A stretch of DNA of 64,000 bases from Terriglobia bacterium. GTDB taxonomy: Bacteria > Acidobacteriota > Polarisedimenticolia > Polarisedimenticolales > JAIQFR01. A program made the translations under genes and the position numbers. Within the stretch, counting starts at the first letter, position 1; each line of letters starts with the position of its first letter. Under the pieces are notes generated by a model that searched no databases, was not told the DNA's origin, and saw only the letters and a program-made list of their open reading frames with translations. Of this stretch, positions 1 to 10,210 are shown in pieces. The DNA lies in contig CAVVHE010000005.1 of the NCBI GenBank assembly GCA_963748015.1, positions 480,001-544,000 on the forward strand, in the 5' to 3' direction.

Positions 1-1
1 C

Positions 2-1906
2 CGACGCGTCCACGGCGAAGACGCTGTAGTAGTAGGTGGTCCCGTTCGCGAGCCCGGTGTGCAGGTAGCTGTCCGCGCTGCCGGGCGCGGCCGGCTTCTC
101 GGTAACCGCGAAGCCGTCCGACGGGCTGACCGGGTACTTCCCGTCGGTCCGGTAACGGATGACGGCCTTCGCGAAGTCGGCGTCCGCCGGGTTGGTCCAG
201 TTGAGCGTGCTCTGCGCGTTGCCGGCCGCCACCGCGAATCCGGTCGGCGCCGCCGGCGGCGTCTGGTCGTCCACCGGTTGCTCGGTCGGCACGAAGAGCG
301 GATCGTTCGTGAGCAGGACGCGGTCGGCACGCGCCTGGGCCTCGTACCCACCCAGCTCGACGCTGTGCAGTCCTTGCGTCAGCGTGTAGGAGCGGCCGGC
401 GACCCAGACCCACGCGCCGTTCGAGGAAGCGGTGATGGATGCGCGTGCGGCTCCGTCCACCGACTCGAACCAGGCGTTCGAGGACGCGTTCGCCCCGTAG
501 AGGCGCACCCAGACGAACCAGGTGCCGGCGGTGGGCACGTTGACGCCGAACGTCGCGGTGCCGGACGGAGAGGCGGCGCTGCCGGTGGCCGTTCCGGACG
601 GCGTGTCGATGTAGGCGCCGCCGAAGGTCCCGGCCCCGGCCGTCGCGCGGACCGGCGCCACGAGGGTGCCGGCCTCCGCCTCGAACCGCAGGTAACCGTA
701 CGTGCCGGCGGAGGTGGAGAACGTCTGGTCGGGCGACGAGGTCGTGACGTTGCTCGCCGCGTCGGCGCTCCGCACGTGGTACTGGTAGGTCGTGGACGGC
801 TCGAGACCCTGCAGGTTCACCGCGTGGCTGGTGACCAGGGCCGTGTCGATCGTCGTCTGCTGGTACCCCGTCTGGCCGGCCTTCCGGTAGAAGACCTGGC
901 TGTCGGCGTTCTCGTCGGTGGTCCAGGTGATCGACGCGGTCGTCGAAGCAACGGAACCGGACAGCACCGCGGAGACGGCCGGCGCCGTCGTGTCGGGCAC
1001 CGTCGCGAACCCGGTGGCGTGTGTGAAGGTGGCGGCCATCGCGTGATTGGCCAGGTCCATCGCGCCGGAGGCGCCGCCGACGACCTGGATCTTGTAGGTC
1101 TTGCCGGCCGTCAGGCTGGAGGCCGGCGTGATCGTGGCCGTGCGGCCGTCGGCCGAGAGCGACGGCGAGCCGGCGGCCTGCGCCACCGCGTTGACCCCGT
1201 CCATCAGCTTGACGGTCCCCGAGGTGATCGACGTCGCGAGCATCGCCTCGCTGAACGTCACCGCGGGCCTCACCGACGTGGCGACGCCGGTGGCGCCGTC
1301 GGCCGGCGAGGTCGAAACGACCGTGGGAATCGTGGCCGCCTGCACCGTGAAGAGGCTTGCCCCGGTTCCTTTCACCGCGTTCGGATTCGTCACGTCGATG
1401 TTGGTGGAGCCGACGGTTGCGGACGCTCCCACGGTCACGTTGGCGACGAGCTGTGAGCAGGAGGTCACCGTGACCGAGTTCACCGTCACGCCCGTGTTGG
1501 CGAACTGGACCGTCGCGCCGTTCTGGAAGTTCGTTCCGGCGATCGTGAGGTCGAGACGCCGTCCCTGCTCCGCCGCGGAGGGCGCCGAGACCGTCACCAC
1601 CGGTCGCGGCCAGCTCGCCACCTCGGTCGCGTAACCGGAGTCGCCGGCGCTGTTGTAGGCCTTGACCGAGAAGTAGTAGGTGGTGCAGTCCGAGAGGGTG
1701 CTGATCGTCGTTTCGGTGACGTTCCCGACGTCGAGCGGGCTGGCCCCGTACACGCCGGGACTCGTTCCCCAGTACACGCGGTACCCCGTCGCGTTGGCGG
1801 AGGCATCCCAAGCGACGATGACACTCCCCGCCGACGCGGCCGAGACCGCGAGCCCCAGGGCAAAGAGCAGGACCAGGACGAGGCGGCACGGATTCGTGAA
1901 CGACAT
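2..1906 (-). CDS. Large secreted multi-domain Fn3/Ig-like surface protein, 3' end runs off the window (>635 aa); absent from the ORF track
   Basis: Hand-translated. ATG at 1906 with AAGGAGG RBS (1911-1917). Signal peptide MSFTNPCRLVLVLLFALGLAVSAASA. Then Fn3 (GSVIVAWDASANATGYRVYWG...TYYFSVKAYNSAGDS), an IPT/Ig-like segment, Ig-like PTVVSTSPADGATGVA, Fn3 (TTASITWTTDE...LEPSTTYQYHVRS), a CBM-like FEAEAG sandwich, and Fn3 (PPAAPTGFAVAAGNAQSTLNWT...GLANGTTYYYSVFAVDAS). Frame is open to the window edge. Confidence 0.9.
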   Translation of the reverse strand, partial: MSFTNPCRLVLVLLFALGLAVSAASAGSVIVAWDASANATGYRVYWGTSPGVYGASPLDVGNVTETTISTLSDCTTYYFSVKAYNSAGDSGYATEVASWPRPVVTVSAPSAAEQGRRLDLTIAGTNFQNGATVQFANTGVTVNSVTVTSCSQLVANVTVGASATVGSTNIDVTNPNAVKGTGASLFTVQAATIPTVVSTSPADGATGVATSVRPAVTFSEAMLATSITSGTVKLMDGVNAVAQAAGSPSLSADGRTATITPASSLTAGKTYKIQVVGGASGAMDLANHAMAATFTHATGFATVPDTTAPAVSAVLSGSVASTTASITWTTDENADSQVFYRKAGQTGYQQTTIDTALVTSHAVNLQGLEPSTTYQYHVRSADAASNVTTSSPDQTFSTSAGTYGYLRFEAEAGTLVAPVRATAGAGTFGGAYIDTPSGTATGSAASPSGTATFGVNVPTAGTWFVWVRLYGANASSNAWFESVDGAARASITASSNGAWVWVAGRSYTLTQGLHSVELGGYEAQARADRVLLTNDPLFVPTEQPVDDQTPPAAPTGFAVAAGNAQSTLNWTNPADADFAKAVIRYRTDGKYPVSPSDGFAVTEKPAAPGSADSYLHTGLANGTTYYYSVFAVDAS

Positions 1907-1957
1907 CGCTCCTCCTTGGGATGTGTTGCTTCCCCAGAGCCTTGGAGCGTGATGAAT

Positions 1958-1973
1958 TGCCGGATTCGTGCCA
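1958..1973 (-). promoter_or_regulatory. Putative sigma54 (-24/-12) promoter of the Fn3 protein gene
   Basis: Minus strand TGGCACG-AATC-CGGCA: GG-N10-GC spacing, perfect -24 box, imperfect -12 box, about 50 nt upstream of the ATG. Confidence 0.55.
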
Positions 1974-2190
1974 CGATTCGCATAGGTGCGAGGGAGGTCG
2001 GTAAGAGGCTCGAGTTGCGCCACTTACCAAAGGGAGCATCGTCGACGGGCCCCCCGGTCGAGGCGCCGCAGCCTGCACCGATAGCGTATACGAGTTACAG
2101 CATTGGGAAGTCGGGGGGTCCTGCCCGGAATGGCCGGAATCGGGCGGAAACGCCGGCGGGAGGCGGATGCCGGCAAGACGGGGGCGGTGC

Positions 2191-3780
2191 TCAGGCTGTA
2201 GGGCGCTCGTCTCTCAGAGTCTGCGAGACTCGCTCGCGAAGGAGCTTGCCCGCCGCATTGCGCGGCAACTCGTCCACGAATCGGACGAATCGCGGCACCA
2301 TGTAAGATGGCAGGTGTAGGCTGCAGAAACGCCGGAGCTCTTCCTCCGCGACGCCTTGCCCGGATTCCGTGACCACGAGCGCGGCGGGCACCTCGCCCAT
2401 GAGCGAGTCGGGAATGCCCGCCACCGCCGCAGCGGCGACCTGCGGGTGCAGCACGAGCGCCGCCTCGACTTGTGCCGGGTTCACGCGGTGGCCACCGATC
2501 TTCAAGATGTCCTTGGCGCGGCCAACCAGATAGAAGAACCCATCCGGGTCACGATAGCCGAGGTCGCCGGTCCACAGCCAACCGTCTCGCAGGATCTTGG
2601 CGGTGTCTTCCTCCGACCGGTAGTAGCCCGGCGTGATGTTGGGCCCGCGCGCGACGATCTGACCGTGCGTGCCATCGGGGACGTCTGCGCCGTCGTCGTC
2701 CAGAACGCGCATCTCGACCCCAGGGATGGGAATCCCGATCGATCCGCGCTTCGCAACCGCGTGCTCGGGGGGCAGGTAGCTGAGGCGCGCGGTTGCCTCG
2801 GTCTGCCCGTACATGATGAACAGTTCCGCGGAGGAAAACGCTTGCCGAACCCAGTCCGCCGTCTCGACGCTCATGGCCCCGCCCGCCTGGGTCAGGTACC
2901 GGAGCGTGGGCATCCTCCCGGGATCGGGTTGGGTCATACGGCGAAGCAGCTCGAACGTGAGCGGCACGCCCGCGAATCCCGAGCATTCCTCGGTTCCAAT
3001 CGCCTCGAGCACGACATTCGGGTACATGAATCGCGAGTCGAGGAATACGGACCCGCCCACGAAGAGGTGGGTCTGCAGAACGCTCCTTCCGTAGCAGTAC
3101 GACAAGGGGAGGATCAGCATCGCGCGGTCGCGCGCGGACAGACCGAGGTAGCTGACGATCGAGCGGGTGTTGGCGGCGATGTTCTCCATGGTCTGCATCA
3201 CCGCGCGCGGGCGTCCAGTGCTCCCCGAGGTGTAAAGGAGCAGCGTGACACTCGAGGGCTCGCGCTCCGGCAGCACCTCCGGGATCTCCGCCGGGTGGTC
3301 GTCACCGGCGAGGCTCCCGTCGTCGGCCATCATCGTCGTCGCGATTCCTTCGAGACCGCCCCGCATCGACGGGGCCATCTCGCCACGGTGCACGACGAGC
3401 GCCGAGCCCGCGCCGGAGGACCGCACCAGCGGCCCGAACTTGCCCGCATCGCGGCCGGCGAATACGACGCAACGAGAGCGCGTATCCTCGAAGACCATGG
3501 AGAGCTCCGCGGAGCTCCACTCGCAGCTCACCTCGACGCTCACGGCGCCGAGGTGCTGCACCGCGAGACTTGCCACCACCGAAGCTGGAGAGTTCGGCAG
3601 CGCGACGAGAACCTGGTCCCCGGCCCCGACGCCGCGATTCCGAAGATGGCCTGCGACGGCTGCGATCCGGCTCGCCAACACGCCGTAGGACAACCGTACC
3701 CCCGGCGCGTCCACCGCCCTGGCCTCCGGCGTGATTCTCGCGTGCTCGAAGACCCAATCGCAAACCGCCGGGGATCTCAC
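2191..3780 (-). CDS. AMP-binding acyl-CoA/acyl-ACP ligase (ANL adenylate-forming superfamily)
   Basis: LLYTSGSTGRP P-loop, YGQTEAT, TGDLG, GRAKD and LPRNAAGKL motifs. Confidence 0.9.
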   Translation of the reverse strand: MRSPAVCDWVFEHARITPEARAVDAPGVRLSYGVLASRIAAVAGHLRNRGVGAGDQVLVALPNSPASVVASLAVQHLGAVSVEVSCEWSSAELSMVFEDTRSRCVVFAGRDAGKFGPLVRSSGAGSALVVHRGEMAPSMRGGLEGIATTMMADDGSLAGDDHPAEIPEVLPEREPSSVTLLLYTSGSTGRPRAVMQTMENIAANTRSIVSYLGLSARDRAMLILPLSYCYGRSVLQTHLFVGGSVFLDSRFMYPNVVLEAIGTEECSGFAGVPLTFELLRRMTQPDPGRMPTLRYLTQAGGAMSVETADWVRQAFSSAELFIMYGQTEATARLSYLPPEHAVAKRGSIGIPIPGVEMRVLDDDGADVPDGTHGQIVARGPNITPGYYRSEEDTAKILRDGWLWTGDLGYRDPDGFFYLVGRAKDILKIGGHRVNPAQVEAALVLHPQVAAAAVAGIPDSLMGEVPAALVVTESGQGVAEEELRRFCSLHLPSYMVPRFVRFVDELPRNAAGKLLRERVSQTLRDERPTA

Positions 3781-4133
3781 CGACGCTTCTCCTCCACGAG
3801 ACCGTGCGGTTCTCCTTCTCCCATCGGAAGGACGCGAAGGCAGGAAGGGTCCTTCCCGATCAAGGCGACCTCCATCCTAATCTGGCGCGAGTTCACCTTC
3901 CCACCGCCCGGCGGCCGACTTGACTCACGTCAAACATGGTCCCAAACGCCCCGAATCGCTACCCCGCGTGCACTCGGGGACGTCGTCGCCAAGAAGCTGG
4001 GAATGAATCCGCTGCTGCGCCAACTTCGGCCGGGAAGCTCGCGTCGCGCTTCATTCTTGACGGATTCCAGGCCGCCACGGTCGTCCGCGTCGGCTGGGCA
4101 GGGTGCCGGAGGGGCCTCCGCAGGTGTGACGTG

Positions 4134-4802
4134 TCACGCCCCGCGAAAACCGAGGACCGCTTTCCGCGCGTAGAACGCCTCCGCGTATCCCGTCGGCGAG
4201 GCGCATTCCACGCCCCGCAGCCTCATCAGGCCGAGGAAGACCTCCTCGGTGAACCAGTGCTTGTCGCGCTGCGACGGGAACGACGAAAGGACCAGGCTTG
4301 ACTTCCGCCGCGCGGTCTTGCCGCTCGCCGGTACGAAGAAGTTCGGCGTGCCCAGGTCGCCGTCGTACTTCGGCACCTCGTACTCGAGCACGAGGTGGTC
4401 GCGGAACGTGTTCCACGTGAGGTCGGAGACCAGCCGGTGGTCCTGGTGCCGGTCGTCGCGGTAGTGGGTGAAGACGACGTCGGGAGAGACCTCGCGTTTC
4501 AGCTTCTCGAAGAAGTCCTTGATCTCGGCCCCCACGAACGGGAAGTAGCCGTTCCGGAACCCCTTCACGACGACATTGGCGCCGGGGCGGCGGCCGAGAA
4601 AGCGCGCCGCGCTCCTCCGGGCCTCTTTCCCGCGCTGCCCCTCGGAGCTCAGCACGACCCAGTGCACCACAGCGCGAGGATGCTCCGCGAGCAGGCCGAG
4701 CACGGTCGCCCCGCATCCGATCTCGATGTCGTCGGAGTGCGCTCCGAGGCAGAGAATCTCGAGGCGCTTTCCTGCGCCCGGCCCGAGCCTGAACGACAGC
4801 AT
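4134..4802 (-). CDS. PIG-L/LmbE family deacetylase
   Basis: GAHSDDIEIG and DRHQDH metal-binding motifs. Confidence 0.9.
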   Translation of the reverse strand: MLSFRLGPGAGKRLEILCLGAHSDDIEIGCGATVLGLLAEHPRAVVHWVVLSSEGQRGKEARRSAARFLGRRPGANVVVKGFRNGYFPFVGAEIKDFFEKLKREVSPDVVFTHYRDDRHQDHRLVSDLTWNTFRDHLVLEYEVPKYDGDLGTPNFFVPASGKTARRKSSLVLSSFPSQRDKHWFTEEVFLGLMRLRGVECASPTGYAEAFYARKAVLGFRGA

Positions 4803-4806
4803 CGTC

Positions 4807-5613
4807 CTACCCCCCCGCTCGCGACCCGTTCTTGCGGTCGTACTTCCAGATCTCCCACGGGACGTCGCCCCCTTCGTACACCTCGTCCAGGCGCTGTTTG
4901 TCCTTGAAGGTGTCCAGGGCCATCCAGAAGCCGTCGTAGGGATAGGCGATCAGCTCTCCGGCGGTCATCAGGCGGCGGAACGGCTCGAGGACCAGGTCTT
5001 CCCCGTTGCGAATGTAGCGGAAGATCTCGCTCTTGAAGACGAAGTACCCGCCGTTGATCCTGACGTCCGAGGTGTCGACGCCCTTGATCGCGGTCACGCG
5101 GCCGCCGGAGTCGAGCGAGACGAAGTGGACGCTCAGGTTGGGCTTGACGCAGACGAAGCTCGCGATCTTGTTCCGCGCGTGGAAGTCGTCGATCATCGCG
5201 TTGAGGGGCAGGTCGGTCAGCCCGTCGCTGTAGTTGACGAGGAACTCCTCCTCGCCCTCGAGATGGCTCTCGACCGCCTTCAAGCGCTGGCCGAGATTGG
5301 AGTTGATCCCCGTGTCCACGAAGGTGATCCGCCAGTCCGCGATGTCGGCCCCGAGCAGCTCGACGTTCTTGCCTCCGCCCGAGATCACGAAGTCGTTGGA
5401 GAGGCACTCGTCGTAGTGCAGGAAGTAGTTCTTGATCAGATCGCTGCGGTAGCCGAGGCAGAGGATGAAGTCCTTGTGCCCGAAGTGGGCGTAGTACTTC
5501 ATGACGTGCCAGAGGATCGGACGGTGGCCGATCGGGATCATCGGCTTGGGTATGTTGTCGGCGTACTCGCGGACCCGCATCCCGAGACCGCCGCAGAACA
5601 GGACGACTTTCAC
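4807..5613 (-). CDS. rfbF: Glucose-1-phosphate cytidylyltransferase
   Basis: CGGLGMR, PKPMIPIG, ILWHVMKYY, LCLGY, INGGYFVF and FWMALDTFKD motifs; clustered with rfbG/rfbC. Confidence 0.85.
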   Translation of the reverse strand: MKVVLFCGGLGMRVREYADNIPKPMIPIGHRPILWHVMKYYAHFGHKDFILCLGYRSDLIKNYFLHYDECLSNDFVISGGGKNVELLGADIADWRITFVDTGINSNLGQRLKAVESHLEGEEEFLVNYSDGLTDLPLNAMIDDFHARNKIASFVCVKPNLSVHFVSLDSGGRVTAIKGVDTSDVRINGGYFVFKSEIFRYIRNGEDLVLEPFRRLMTAGELIAYPYDGFWMALDTFKDKQRLDEVYEGGDVPWEIWKYDRKNGSRAGG

Positions 5614-5707
5614 GGTTCACCTCTCGGGCGCCGCCGGCGCCCCCCGCCAAATGTCTCGCCCGGGCGTCCCGCTGTCAAGAAAGCGCGCCGCCGCCGGGCC
5701 GCGCGCG

Positions 5708-7018
5708 TCAGGAGGTCTTCGCCCTGAGGGCCTTCTCCGCCGCCTTCTCCCCGCTCTTGAAGCTCTCGTCGGTCCACATGTACCCCCAGTCCCCGTAGCG
5801 CCCGCAGTAGGCGATACCGACGCTGTCGAGGTAGCCGTGGACCGTCTCGAGCGCCTTGGCGCGCTCGAGGTCGAAGATGACGTTGGCGTGCCGAACGACC
5901 GTCGCGTTGCGGTGCAGGATGCGGTCGTCCTCGCGCAGGAGGCCGCAGCGGCGGAGATCCGCGATCACCGGCTCGATCCAGTCGTCGGGAGACCCGGTGA
6001 ACGGCCGGTACTTGGGGGAGAAGTAGACCTCGGCCTGGATGCTGCCCGTCCCCGCGGGGACGTTCCTCGCGGAGAGCATGTGGGGGAAGCTCAGGCGCGT
6101 GAAGCAGATGTCCTCGTCGTAGAAGTAGGTCATGTGGGCGGGGGAGAGGTCCTCCCGGGCCACGCCCACGTTGACCAGCACGCACGTCGAGCAGGCGAGG
6201 CGCCCCGCGGCGGCCACGACGTCGGCCGGAGCGCCGGGGATCATGCGCACCAGCTCCGGCAGGGGGACCGAGGAGACGAGCCCGTCGTAGCGGTCCTCGT
6301 GCCCGTTGGCGAAGACGAGGCGCCGCGCCGCGGGATCGACCGACACCACCTCGTGGCCGAGCCGGATGTTCCCCATCGGGACGAACTTCTTCAGGTACGA
6401 GACGAATCCTCCCTCGGTGGGATAGCGGAAGTGGGTGATGTAGTGGGTGTGCGCCGCGGCCTTCGAGAGCGCGCCGCGCAGCACCTCCTCGAGGCTCGGC
6501 CGGTAGATGCGCGGTCCGAGCCAGTCCGTGCTCATGTTGTCGGCCGTGGTGAGGTGGTACTTCCGCGCGTACGGCATCGGGAAGGTCTCGGAGAACGTCT
6601 TGCCGAAGCTCGCGTAGAGCCAGTCCGCGTAGTTGCGTATCGGACGCTCCGGCGCCTGCTGCTCCTCCACGAAATCCGTGATGATCTTCACGACCAGGTC
6701 GTCCGGAAGGCCGTGGAGGTGGAGCTGGACCGGATGGGTGGGCCAGTACCCGCGCCAGTAGTTGTTCAGGTTGATCTGGACGGTCTCGTACCGGTGATCC
6801 ACGCTCTCCGCCAGCAGCTCCTGGATGCGCTCGTCCTTCGTGAACGAGATGTGCGGTCCCAGGTCGAACAGGAAGCCGGTCTCGTGGAGGAACGACGCCG
6901 TGTGGCCGCCGTGGTAGCCGTTCTTGTCGTAGAGGGTCGGCGTCATCCCCTCGGCATGGAGGCGGTAGGCCGCGCCGAGCCCCCCCATTCCCGTTCCCAG
7001 GACGATGATGTTCGGCAT
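5708..7018 (-). CDS. FAD-dependent oxidoreductase (protoporphyrinogen oxidase/UDP-galactopyranose mutase-like)
   Basis: GTGMGGL Rossmann motif, GGHTAS, FDLGPHISF, FRYP..GG, and C-terminal GRYGDWGY. Confidence 0.8.
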   Translation of the reverse strand: MPNIIVLGTGMGGLGAAYRLHAEGMTPTLYDKNGYHGGHTASFLHETGFLFDLGPHISFTKDERIQELLAESVDHRYETVQINLNNYWRGYWPTHPVQLHLHGLPDDLVVKIITDFVEEQQAPERPIRNYADWLYASFGKTFSETFPMPYARKYHLTTADNMSTDWLGPRIYRPSLEEVLRGALSKAAAHTHYITHFRYPTEGGFVSYLKKFVPMGNIRLGHEVVSVDPAARRLVFANGHEDRYDGLVSSVPLPELVRMIPGAPADVVAAAGRLACSTCVLVNVGVAREDLSPAHMTYFYDEDICFTRLSFPHMLSARNVPAGTGSIQAEVYFSPKYRPFTGSPDDWIEPVIADLRRCGLLREDDRILHRNATVVRHANVIFDLERAKALETVHGYLDSVGIAYCGRYGDWGYMWTDESFKSGEKAAEKALRAKTS

Positions 7019-7028
7019 GCTCGCCTCC

Positions 7029-8336
7029 CTACTTCGTCTTCGACGGCAGCGCCGCCTCGAGGGGCCATCGCGCGCTCTGCTCTTTCCAGAGCGCGTCGGA
7101 CAGCCGGCCCTGCGGCAGCTCCACGTCGTCGAAAGAGACGACCGCGTCCTTCGCGACGTCCCGCCGCAGGACGCCCCCCTCCGAAAGGCCGATCGGCAGG
7201 GCCGACATGGACCGCGCCGCGGAGGCGTTGTCGATGAGGCCGTAGGTGCAGAAACCTCCGATCCCGTCGAGTCGCTCGCCCGTCTTGAGGTCGCGCTTGG
7301 CGACGGCCACGACCTCGCAGACCGGTCCCCCGATCGGCGCGACCGTCGGATCGTGATGCACCGCCACCCGGCCGATCGTCGAGGCGATCTGGATGTGGGG
7401 TAGGTGGAACGGCGTGTAGAAGACGTAGAACGGTCCGTCGCCGAGCTTGTAGTAGGCCAGCTGCGCCTTCTTGAGAGGGGATTCCTCGTGAACGACCACG
7501 AACGCGCCGGTGTGCGGCGCGGCGCCGAGGGCGTAGTCCACGATCCCCGTCTCGAGCATCGGCCCGGCGGGAAGGAGGTGCGCCATGTCCCGGACGTTCT
7601 CGCACGCCGGACCGAACATGCCGCGGCGGCCGACCCGGAACCCGGTGGCGTTGGCCAGGACCGTCGTCTCCATCGAGAGCTTCGTGGCGTCCGCGAACGA
7701 CGTCACCTTCCGGGCGTCCTGGTCGTTCCTCTCGGCGAAGGCCCGCTGGGTCTCCGGCGTCCGGTAGTAGTCCACCATCCCCTTGATGTTGCCGGCGGCG
7801 ACGGGACGGAGCCCGAGCGAGCGGAGATACCTGAGGAGGGTCATCGCGACCCCGGGCTCGTCGCCGTCGGTGTTGGTGATCACCAACCCGGCGCGGTCCG
7901 CCTTCTCCTTCAGGATCGGGCCGAGCAGCGAGTCCAGCTCTGCGTTGACGATGACGACGTTCTTCCCGTGATCGAACGCGTCGAGCACGATGCCCGCGGC
8001 CGGCTCCACGGTCCCCGTGACCTCCACGAGGACGTCGATGGCATCGCAGGCGACGAGCGCTCCCGGGTCCTCCGCGAGGACCGGGATCCCGCGGGAGATC
8101 GCGGCCTCCGCCTCGCGGGCGGACTCGACCCGCCGCCACCCCTCGATGCCCGCCTCCCGGAACGCTCGCTCGGCGTGCTGCGGCGTCCGGTTGGCGATGG
8201 CGACGAGGCGGATGCCGGGCGCGGGCGTCCCGAGCTGCAGCGCGATGGCGCGCCCCGTGGCCCCCGCTCCGATCATTCCGACCCTGACGGGCCGGCCATC
8301 CAACTCACGCTCCCGAAGAGCGGTATCCGTGTTCAT
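7029..8336 (-). CDS. NAD(P)-dependent oxidoreductase, homoserine-dehydrogenase-like with C-terminal SAF domain
   Basis: GMIGAGATG, NAELD, DGDEPG, and AKRDLKTGERLDGIGG...LPIGL SAF-like tail. Confidence 0.85.
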   Translation of the reverse strand: MNTDTALRERELDGRPVRVGMIGAGATGRAIALQLGTPAPGIRLVAIANRTPQHAERAFREAGIEGWRRVESAREAEAAISRGIPVLAEDPGALVACDAIDVLVEVTGTVEPAAGIVLDAFDHGKNVVIVNAELDSLLGPILKEKADRAGLVITNTDGDEPGVAMTLLRYLRSLGLRPVAAGNIKGMVDYYRTPETQRAFAERNDQDARKVTSFADATKLSMETTVLANATGFRVGRRGMFGPACENVRDMAHLLPAGPMLETGIVDYALGAAPHTGAFVVVHEESPLKKAQLAYYKLGDGPFYVFYTPFHLPHIQIASTIGRVAVHHDPTVAPIGGPVCEVVAVAKRDLKTGERLDGIGGFCTYGLIDNASAARSMSALPIGLSEGGVLRRDVAKDAVVSFDDVELPQGRLSDALWKEQSARWPLEAALPSKTK

Positions 8337-8351
8337 GTCGTATGCAACCTC

Positions 8352-8883
8352 TCACCGCTCGAAGAGCGGCCAGCCGAGATCCTGTTCGGAAACCACCGTG
8401 GCCGGAAGCGGCCACGCGATGGAAAACGCCGGGTCGTCGAACCTGCACGCCGGTCGCGGACGCCGGGGCGTAGAACGCCGACGTCATGTAGTGCATCTCC
8501 GTGTCGTCTTCGAGGGTCTGGTAGCCGTGCGCGCAGAGCTCGGGCAGCAACAGCATCCGGCCGTTCTCCGCGGTCAGCTCCTCCCCCCACCATTTCCCGA
8601 ACGACGGCGAGCCCGGACGGAGGTCGAGCGCGACGTCGAACATGGCTCCCCGCGTGCACCGGACCAGCTTGGCCTCGAGCGCGGGCGCCGCCTGGAAGTG
8701 CATGCCCCGGATCGTTCCCCGGCACCGGCTGAAGCCCATGTTCGCCTGGACGGGGGCGAAGCGGATGCCGTGCTCCTCGAACTCCCGCGCGCACCAGGCC
8801 CGCATGAACCGGCCGCGCTCGTCCTGGTGCGGCGACGGATCGATCACCCAAGCGCCCGCGAGGGCGGTTTCCCTGAAACGCAC
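8352..8883 (-). CDS. rfbC: dTDP-4-dehydrorhamnose 3,5-epimerase family protein (one apparent extra base near 8445)
   Basis: DERGRF, GTIRGMHFQ, KLVRC..G..FDVALDLR and AHGYQTL. The C-terminus RFDDPAFSIAWPLP...SEQD continues in another frame to TGA at 8352. Confidence 0.85.
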
Positions 8884-8906
8884 GACGCTCCCCTACTTCC
8901 GCTCGG

Positions 8907-9987
8907 TCAACGAAGCCCAAGCAGATTCTCGTAGCGCTCGATCTGGGCCATCGTGACCGCGCGAAGGTCCCGGCCCTCGCGATGCGCCCGGTACCACTCG
9001 ACGATCCAGGGAATCGCTTCCTCGAGCCGCAGGCGCGGCGACCACTCTAGGCGCGACCGGGCCTTCGAGATGTCCAGCTTGAGGAGATGGGCTTCGTGGG
9101 GATGCGCTCCCCCGTCGGTCTCCCAGCGCGCCCCCTCGCCCCACATCGTCGAGATGCGCTCGACGATCCAGGACACGGGGCGGGCGTCCTCCTCGTACGG
9201 GCCGAAGTTCCACCCCTCCGCGAACGCCGTTCCGTCGGCGTGCAGGCTCTCCGCGAGCGACAGGTAGCCGCGGAGCGCTTCCAGCACGAACTGCCAGGGC
9301 CGGACGGCGTGCGGGTTCCGGATGCGCACCGGCTTGCCGGCGGCGAAGGACCGCATGATGTCCGGGATGAGCTGGTCCTGGGTCCAGTCGCCGCCGCCGA
9401 CGACGTTGCCCGCCCGGCCGGTGGCTACCGCGATGCCCGGCTGCGCCGCCCCCTCGCCGGTGAAGTACGACTGCCGGTAGGCGGCGGTGACCAGCTCGGA
9501 GCAGGCCTTGCTGTTCGAGTACGGATCGTGCCCGCCCAGGGGCTCCGACTCCCGGTAGCCCCACACCTGGTTCCGGTTCTCGTAGCACTTGTCGCTGGTG
9601 ACGTTCACCACGACGCAAGGCCTTCCGACCTCGCCGCAGCGCCTCCAGGAGGTGGACCGTGCCCATCACGTTGGTCGCGTAGGTCTCGACCGGGTGCTCG
9701 TAGGAGTATCGGACGACCGACTGGGCCGCCATGTGGATCACGATCTCGGGCCGCGCCGCGGCCACGGCGCGCTTCAGGGCGTCGAGGTCGCGCACGTCGC
9801 CGTTGACGGACTCGATCCCCCTTGCGACGCCCGCGAGCTCGAACAGGCTCGGGTCCGTCGGGGGAGGGAGGGCGTAGCCGGTCACTTCCGCTCCCAGCGA
9901 CTCGAGCCAGAGAGAGAGCCAGCTCCCCTTGAAGCCCGTGTGACCGGTCAGCAGGACGCGCTTTCCCTTCCAGTAACTTCGGTTCAT
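8907..9987 (-). CDS. rfbG: CDP-glucose 4,6-dehydratase (frameshift near 9620-9640)
   Basis: TGHTGFKGSWL and HMAAQS in the first frame; VTSDKCYEN, GGHDPYSNSK, RAGNVVGGGDW and WNFGP in the second. Confidence 0.9.
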
Positions 9988-10210
9988 CGTGGGTGTCGCG
10001 ACCTCATCAGGAGGGCGGGCCCGAGCCGCCCGCCGCGGGTGGCTGCGCACTAGTCCTCGGTGAGAGCCGCCCGCGCGATCATATCGCAATTTTCGTGCAA
10101 CTTCCCGGGTGTCTCATCGGCCCGGCGGGCCTCGACTTGAGCCGCCGGAGTACGCGGGAGCTTTCTGCCCGCGAAAGGAGACGCTCGGCCTTCGGGGAGC
10201 CCGAGGCTCG

